A stretch of 64,000 bases of DNA from Macrostomum hystrix (taxonomy: Eukaryota > Animalia > Platyhelminthes): the NCBI GenBank assembly GCA_950097015.1, contig CATNEN010000007.1, forward strand, positions 4,526,001 to 4,590,000. Reading direction: 5' to 3'. The notes under the pieces were generated by a model, which made no database searches, was not told where the DNA came from, and saw only the letters and a program-made list of their open reading frames with translations. Positions 56,661 through 64,000 of the stretch are shown here, piece after piece (the stretch's first letter is position 1; each line of letters opens with the position of its first letter). The position numbers were made by a program, and so were the translations under genes.

Positions 56661-56939
56661 TCAACCCTCAGTGAGCTCGCGCAGACGCCTGATAGCCGCC
56701 CGGGTGGTGACGGCCGCCGTGGTGGAGCAGGTGTAGGCACCGCCGGCAAGGGTCTTGCGACAGCCGCGGCAGTGCCAGATGCCGACAGCCTGACGACGGA
56801 GGGCGTCCTTGCCGCAGAATGAGCAGGTGTACTTGCTGTGCTGCTGGATTTCAATCTTCTTTACAGTTTTACGCAGAGAGGCGCCGTAACGAGTGGCATA
56901 TTTGCCAACAATGCCGACCTTCTTAGTACGCTTGGCCAT
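56661..56939 (-). CDS. RPL37A: 60S ribosomal protein eL43 (L37a), intronless CDS, 92 aa
   Basis: [65 protein letters not shown]; C4 zinc finger intact. Confidence 0.97.
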   Translation of the reverse strand: MAKRTKKVGIVGKYATRYGASLRKTVKKIEIQQHSKYTCSFCGKDALRRQAVGIWHCRGCRKTLAGGAYTCSTTAAVTTRAAIRRLRELTEG

Positions 56940-58037
56940 TGCTGAAGCTGGTGTAAATTTGTAGCAGTATGCAACTAGAACACGACTAGTGATAAAATGT
57001 CCATGTCATTGCCCTGGGTATATTATAACAAACTATTAAAAATTATAAATTTTCAGCGTCATAAAACAGAGCTACTCATATAAATTAGTTGCTTTTTGAC
57101 AACTAAAAGGTCACATAGAAACCTGCTTGTTTATTCACTTTATTGTGCCATTACTATTTTTAGATTGCTATTCGGACAAAAAATTTTTAAGGCCTTGCGA
57201 ACTATTTTGCCAAAAATAGTTGAAATGAACAAAAAAATTAAATGATTTTGTTTCAATTTTACTTCTAAATAATATTTTCTAGCATGAAATTACTTGCATT
57301 GGCCATTCTTTAAACTTTTTTTCTTAAAGTAAAAACTATATAATTCATATTGTTCACAGCTTCATTTCCTCTCTAAATATGTAGGTAGTATTACAGACTA
57401 CAGAACAGTGACAAGAGTGAGGCTTGCAAAAATTAAGTTGCAACAAAAAAGCCAAAGCAAAATAGACTGCAACTTGTACAAATTTCTGGAAGATTTGCTA
57501 AGTGAAAAGGATTCAGCCCACCAAAATACTGAAGTAGCTCCATTGGAGAGAATAGGCACCCAGCCCAAATTGCCAATAACAACTGCAATGACTGCCAAGA
57601 TACACTCTTTCCCCTGTAGCAGTGAAATAGGCCAAGCTTGCCTTGGCTGCAAACAGTGGCAACTCACTGAAGCCTGTGATATAAGTCAGCACTGGAGGCC
57701 CAGCACATCTGGTAGCAGAAATCTCTATACCACGTCATCTGTACTTGGCTAGACCAGAGCAGTAGCTTTGGCTGGCACTGCAGAAGACCTAGGCCTAGAG
57801 GGAGCAGCAGCAGATGCTATAGCTGCAGCTGACACAGCAGTGGGAAACAGAGGAAAAACAGTGCAAAATGCTTGTGCATGACCTATATGAGCTTATAGAG
57901 TGCATGGTCTACAACACATAAGCTGACCTATCTACAGCGCATACAAATTTAGAAGAGTATGATTGCACTGAATATCATGCTGCAGGAACAGGTGATCAGC
58001 ATCCTGTAGGCTGTCTCACACTACACAACATGCACAA

Positions 58038-58318
58038 CATACATGCGCAACACCCGGCCGACCCGGCCGAACCGGCCGGGTGAAACGAGGGCCAAGCAAG
58101 GTAAGTCGCAAAAACCAATTGACCAAGCGCAAAAAAATCAAAGGGGGGACCAAGGGACAAAAAAGGAAGGCGTGAAGAAAAGGAAAAAGGGGAGAGAAAA
58201 AGAGAGCAAATGAGAGCAAACTAAGTCATAAATAGAGCAATGAAATGAACTAAGTCGCAAATGAGAGCAAAAACTAAGTCGCACGGCCGGCTAAGATTTG
58301 GGAGGTTGCGCATGTATG
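58038..58318. mobile_element. MITE, copy 1: 14 bp perfect TIR, 8 bp TSD
   Basis: CATACATGCGCAAC ... GTTGCGCATGTATG flanked on both sides by ATGCACAA. Confidence 0.9.
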
Positions 58319-58971
58319 ATGCACAATGACATGAAGACCAGTGAGGGGACACTACACTGCAATATCTGAACATGGAGTTTTGATAGGCATTCTGACAGAT
58401 ACACTGGCCATATTGTAAGGGTCTAGCTCAATGTGAATTTTGAAGTTTAAGAGCACAAGACTTCTTTTGGTTAAGAGAATTTAGTATTTAGTATTTTTGC
58501 TAATCTGTCACTTTTTGTGCCTAAAATAAATTTTGTGCCTAAAAGATTTGATTTGTAAGATATGTTTTAATTCAAAATTGGCACAAAGCAAAAAAACTGC
58601 AATTAAACAACAATTTATGGCATCTGTTGGACATGCACCTTGCCTTAAAGAGATGACAAAGTGTCTATAAGTCTTGGTCACTAATCACCATGTCATCCAC
58701 CCTCTTAGACCTTGGACACTTTGTCATCCTGATGACAAAGAAGCTGATGACAAAGTGCCCAGGAACCCCCTAGAATAAATTTGGTGGCATAATTATAATA
58801 AGTCAATTTAAAGTACCCTGAGCCATAGGACAACATTTAGGGGCCATATAGGCCTAATGATATATAGATATAGGCAAGGTATAACAGATGAGAAAAAATA
58901 ATTTTCTCATATCAAATCTTATGTTCATGTCACTTGAATTTTTGTTCTTTACAGACATAAATAGTTTAGCT

Positions 58972-59271
58972 CATACATGCGCAACACCCGGCCAACCCAG
59001 CCAAACCGGCTAGGTGAAATGAGGGCCAAGCAAGGTAAGTCACAAAAACCAATCAACCAAGTGCAAAAAAATCAAAGGGGGACCAAGTGACAAAAAAGGA
59101 AGGCACGAAGAAGAGGAAAAGGGGAGAGAAAAATAGAGCAAATGAGAGCAAACTAAGTTGTAAATAGAGCAATGAAACGAACTAAGTCACAACTGAGAGC
59201 AAACTAAGTTGTAAATAGAGCAAAAACTAAGTCGGACGGCCGGCTAAGATTTGGGAGGTTGCACATGTATG
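58972..59271. mobile_element. MITE, copy 2 of the same family
   Basis: CATACATGCGCAAC ... GTTGCACATGTATG; flanks GTTTAGCT/GTTCAGCT (7 of 8 match); internal sequence closely similar to copy 1. Confidence 0.88.
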
Positions 59272-61490
59272 GTTCAGCTAGAATCAATACTAGGGCCTAT
59301 TTAACAAGTGGACAATCTCAAACTATAAGGGCAATATAATTACAAAGAATCAGCAAATAATAATTTCTAGATGTGTGCAGTTGTAATATTCTTCAGCAAT
59401 TAATTTGAATGCATATCTTTAGTAACTATTAAGTTAAATACTGCTCTGCTTTGCCAGTATTTTAGAATTGATTAGACTCAGTATTTTAGAATTTCTAGCA
59501 TTTACAGTATCATCAGTATGTACTGATACCTGATTTTATTGCAATGTAGTTGTTTTTACGGCTTATCAATTCCAGATATAATACAAAAATACATGAAAGT
59601 CGCAAGAGTTTATGCTATTTGGGCACTTTGTTCGCTCGTTTCGTTTAGATGTTGATTCTAACTGACAGACTTCGACAAAGCATTTTACTTCAAAACGATA
59701 AATGAGAGAAGAATGCTTTTTAAATTATGGCACGTAATATTTTTGCGTAGCAAATAAAATATTTTGCTACCGAAATGTTATATGAAAACATTTTTGTGAA
59801 AATTTTTAACTGCTTTGTCTTGAGCCGACTTCGATATTTTCTTGATATAGTCATTTTGTTTATCTATGTTTCTTTTATCTTCCTTAGTTCCGTTACCAGT
59901 AATCTAGGCTCGCATTAAACTTTCTTTTTCAACTTTTCTTCGCTGAATATTTACAAGTTTACAAGTTATAAATTAGGGAAAAATTGTTAAAAATTTAACA
60001 AAGATCAGTTAAACATTGTTTCACTATGCCTAAGTACTTGAAACTAGACCGGAAGTGCATTCGTATTCGTATTTCTCTAACAATTTTCGCATTACGCATA
60101 TACTCTTCAGTATGATTATGCAGTGAAGTACCCTTAAATTATTACACTTTCGATTTTTTTGCAACTCTGAGGCTTACAAGAGTGACATTTCAATATGCAC
60201 GTGATACGCTCGTATGCGCATATAACCTAGCTTCTTGACCATAATTAGCTATTGCAACGAAAAAGTTATAATTATATTTTAGCCAAGTTTATAATTATAA
60301 AGGCTAAAAGTTGTTTCACAATTACGAATACTAATTCGTTGGCTTCACTTATCGCAATGCTAGCATGAAGTGATCGTTTGCTAAAGACGAGCGTCCGTCA
60401 TTTACTAACGTTTCTTTGCGTTATCTTAATTTAGCTTTCGAATGGCATTTGTCAATCAGAACAATTACAGAGAGCATATCTTAAATGCCTTTAGTCGATA
60501 AGTATTGCAATTTTTAGGCGGACATACTGGAGTTTTTGGCCATATGCAGCTGAAACTAAGTTTGCTGTTTTCCTGAATAATAAGAGTCAGCGACCCTTGA
60601 GCCGGAAATTCCTGTATTCTTAATATTTTACTGTATTCTAGTATTATAACTTACGACGAAAAATAATTTCCAAGTTTAAAGCAACATTTGAGCATTTAAT
60701 CCCAACATGGCTTCAATACGTAGCATCCGCATGCTAAAAGTACTATAAGTACTGTGCTGAAGACAACGAGAAGAGTTTTGATTTATTTTTGATAACTCAA
60801 AAACTCAACTTCAATGAAAGTTAGCAGAAACACAAATGCTATAGCATTTTAATTTGCGTGTTTTTTATAGATGAAAAATGGTAAGAAATCGATTATCTCC
60901 AGAAAAGGGGTGAAAATTCTGCATTCTTTAACGACATTTTCAGATTGAGATTAAGAATGACTTCATAGTGTAATGTATGCTTTGTCCATAAAAGTTGTTA
61001 AGAAGACGACTTCTAGTCGTTATTAGTTTAATGCATAAAAATCGGAACTGAGTAAGAGCAGCACTGCCTTGTGATGTCGGATTTAATACAAAAACACTTG
61101 AACAATTTGTAAGTTTATTTCGAAGTTACACACCTTTCAAGATCGTAACTATTTGCACTGACGGTGAGACTTCAAAATTGCCAAAATTTGATTAATCTGG
61201 ATCATTTACAGTCACTTGGGGATCAGAAAATGTGAAAGACAGCTGACAAAAAGCAACTCAAGTTAAACAATCGGTCACATTGGTCATCTACGAAGCGCCT
61301 CACTAAGTAGAACTAAGCATCTTGAACGCTTCCAACTGAGATTCACTCACGATATAAAAACATGATTAACAAGTTTAGAAAAATCAAACAACAATAATAC
61401 ATGCTAATGTATTAGCATGTCATGCTAGAAATTGACGTACATGAATTGTTCAAATGAAATTCGAATCTCTAATTAGCTGTTAAGTTGCAC

Positions 61491-63470
61491 TCAATTCGAG
61501 CAGCAAGTCTTGAGGAAGTCTGCTATGAAGTCCGAGTCGCTGGACTCGTCTTGGCCGGAAGCCAGGTGGATCGTCCGCGAATCGCCGCAGCAGTTTCTGG
61601 CGCCGATGCTTGCGATGGACTGGCGCATATTGCGGCTCCGGTGCTGTCGGCAGGTCTCTGCGATTCTCACCAACAGCTCGTCGATGCCGCTGCCTGGTGT
61701 GAGTGGCGCCAGGGTTCGAATCTTTGAGTCAGCAACTTTCCTTCCCCTGTACTTTAGTGCGAATCCCAGGTAACTGGGATTGTTTTTCTAAACTACGATG
61801 CGCTAAAATGAAATCGTTAAAACTAATGAGTGGCCGAGGGGTTAACTTATAGTGAGAGTGCAAACTGCCTGACAATCAAAAAATCAGGGCAGATGTACAC
61901 ATCCGAATGTGTAATCACAAACAGAAAAAATAGTTTTTTTCATTTTATTAGTTCCTGAAAGCAGAAAACTTGCTGAGTTGATAATTTATTTGGAACAGTC
62001 AATTGCTTCAATTCCTTTTATTTAAGAGAAAAATGCTTTGTCGTTTTGCTTCATTTTCTAGATAAGCTGTTCGTGTAGCTTAACATCAGAGAACTTTAAA
62101 ATACGGAAAATGAAACTAGAAAAGGTTGACGATCTCTAAAACTTGACGATTTAGTGTTATTTCGTTAACGATAAAACATCTTGTTTCAAACCACGGACCA
62201 CCAGTAGTATTTAGTTTAGAAGTCTAGAAAGTATATACTCGTAGAAGTCCTTGTGTTGAACACCAGTGTTTCCGCAATACAAAACCTAAGCTCACCTGTC
62301 TTTGAGGACACAACGGCACTGCGGAAGCACCTGAGCCGGGTCTGGTAGGACTCGATCTCACCGCCAATAAGCTTCGCGTCGGCCTGTGGCGAGTCGCTTT
62401 TGCAGAACACCAGAATCTTCATGGCTGCAGTGCGAGGGTTGTCGAATTGCTGTTTTATTATAAGTATAGAATAGAATAGAATTTATTTCTGGCCAAGTTG
62501 AGCGCACACACCCACGCATTTTTGTCACGCATCAAAAGGCTGTGTACGACTGTTCAGTCCATGGACTGGGAAGGCCGCCACACCCACGAAAGTTTCTTTC
62601 CCATCTAACGCTAGTACCCATTTTACAGCTGGAGTAATTGAAACGATAAATAATTTTTAAGTCTCTTTCTTAAGGACACAAGAAAGTTGATCTGAGAAGC
62701 GAACTCCCGACCTCTAGGTTAAAAGTGCGAAGCTCTAACGGCTGGGCTATGGTAGGGGGGGTCGGTGGCAGAGCGGTTTACGCGTTTGCCTCTCGCACCA
62801 AGGACTCTAAGTTCGATTTCACGGCGAGGCCACATTTACGCTCGTATTTGTCGCTTGTCGTGCAACTTACGCCCTTGAGGGCCAACCTCCAAGGCACAGT
62901 AAGAGTGTACACTGCCTGACGATGAGAAAGTCAGGTCAGATGTACACACTTGTGTGAGCGTATGCCTGCGTACAGTATCTGTGTGCGTGTGTTCTCAGGA
63001 GTCAGCGAAATGGGCAGAATTGCCTTCCCGCTGGCTGCGGATCTAGTGTCACCAAATGATGTGCCACTGCCCGTAGCCATGTTGCAACGAGTAATCAATT
63101 TGTTCTCACTTGACTTTAATTAATCGAGTCTGAATCTCAGCCCACGGAAAACCAATAATGTCCTGAGTAAGACTGGACAGTCCGGAGGGGGGTTGAAAAT
63201 TTGGTGGGTGTGGCGCCGCCCCCCCCAGTCCGTGGACTGAATAGCCATACGCAGCTAAATAAGAAAATCTTCCACTGCGCCGACAAACTTGATGCGTTTC
63301 TCACCGTCCGGAGCGTAGCACTCGGCCTCCAGATTCCAGTGCTCCAGACTGCTCACCGACTGCAAGTTAGATGCATCGGCCACCAGAATGACGCAGGTGG
63401 AGCCTCGGTAATAACTGTTCGTGAGGGACCTGTTGAAACGCTCCATGCTGCAGGTGTCGTGCAGATGCGC
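61491..63470 (-). CDS. Rab-like small GTPase, last three exons (63470-63305, 62424-62296, 61693-61491); N-terminus outside the window
   Basis: Spliced frame AHLHDTCSMERFNRSLTNSYYRGSTCVILVAD..ILVFCKSD..VSSKTGSGIDELLVRIAE..KTCCSN*. It has Rab switch-II/RabF-like ERF.SLT.SYYRG, a G5-like SSKTG and a CCxx prenylation end. Confidence 0.8.
61852..61915 (+). mobile_element. SINE family A, central fragment
   Basis: GAGAGTGCAAACTGCCTGACAATCAAAAAATCAGGGCAGATGTACAC matches the family stem-loop. Confidence 0.55.
62470..62750 (-). mobile_element. SINE family B (CORE-like) copy
   Basis: Reverse complement: TAGCCCAGCCGTTAGAGC (A-box-like), GAGTTCGCTTCT, TTGTGTCCTTAAGAAAGAGACTTAA..CCAGCTGTAAAATGGGTAC, CAGTCCATGGACTG, (ATTCT)n tail. 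Confidence 0.75.
62758..63082 (+). mobile_element. SINE family A, most complete copy (tRNA-derived head)
   Basis: A box TGGCAGAGCGG, B-box-like AAGTTCGATTTC; body shared with five other loci in the window. Confidence 0.85.
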
Positions 63471-63639
63471 CTGCGGAGACGAAGTTGGACTGATGTTTTA
63501 CTGTTGCATCTTCTGTTAAAATGTGTGTTTTGCGTACTTATCGTCCGGATTACTTTTATCGAAAATGGAGACTACTTTGACAGCCTAAGCCGTACCGATG
63601 CATGCTCTCAGAGTTTTCAGAGTTTTCCACCAACCTGAT

Positions 63640-63874
63640 TAGTAGAAGGAAATGCTTGCCTCTGCCCCAGCGCGCTGATTGGTCAGCGAGGGAGTTGGGG
63701 TGGGTGGGGTCGGTGTGGGGTAGGCAGGGGTATGAGGTGTTGTGCGGAGGTGTTGGCTTGGGTATGTGGGGGTCGGTGTGAGGGGTGTGTGGGGTATGTG
63801 GGGGTAATAGAATACCCACCCACTCCCTCGCCGACCAATCAGGGCGCTGGGCAGAGTAAAGCATTTTCCTACTA
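63640..63874. mobile_element. Foldback/MITE-like element with ~62 bp imperfect inverted arms
   Basis: TAGTAGAAGGAAATGCTTGCCTCTGCCCCAGCGCGCTGATTGGTCAGCGAGGGAGT versus the reverse complement of 63814-63874; G/T-rich spacer; no TSD found. Confidence 0.6.
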
Positions 63875-64000
63875 CTCTGATTTATCAAGCTTTCGGTCCA
63901 GCGTTGTCCTGACGTCCTTGACTCTCTGTGCTCATTGGCTTTTCTTAATTCCAACAAATACTTCGATTGCTAATCAATTTAAAAACAAAATTCAAACCTT

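Noticed and set aside
54505-56674. Long ORFs (664, 643, 526 and 573 aa), including a VNPDPKHIDT repeat resembling circumsporozoite-type repeats
   Set aside because: All are readings of a 30 bp minisatellite with no stop codon in several frames on both strands; no unique domain or splice support.
57398-57752. 114 and 89 aa ORFs upstream of RPL37A
   Set aside because: No recognisable motifs, no GC3 bias as in the real exons, no convincing splice sites.
62905-62950. CTGACGA-TGA-GAAA-GTC in SINE family A resembles a hammerhead core
   Set aside because: No stem II, CTGAC pairs with the downstream GTCAG, and the words are not conserved in the 11845, 41140 and 61852 copies.

Overview
Eukaryotic, intron-rich animal DNA with GC3-rich exons; roughly a quarter of the window is unrelated 16-48 bp minisatellite arrays. 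The style is most consistent with a free-living flatworm such as Macrostomum (inference only). Plus strand: two tandem 3-exon innexin genes (7192-10848, 15966-25797). Minus strand, in transcription order: three exons of an atypical Rab-like GTPase (5' end outside the window), RPL37A, an uncharacterised WW + ~4 CUE-like + GPDP-repeat protein, RPL36A, a 2-exon clan-2 cytochrome P450, and a 14-exon (1293 aa) aldehyde-oxidase-type molybdo-flavoenzyme. The last intron of that enzyme holds a very young Ty3/Gypsy LTR retrotransposon whose gag-3'/pol/PPT/3'LTR part is inverted relative to its 5'LTR/PBS/gag-5' part. Also present are two tRNA-derived SINE families (one CORE-like) and several MITE-like elements. 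Most long ORFs in the ORF track are artefacts of stop-free repeat units. All gene models were assembled by hand from GT-AG sites and reading-frame continuity; no database searches were run.
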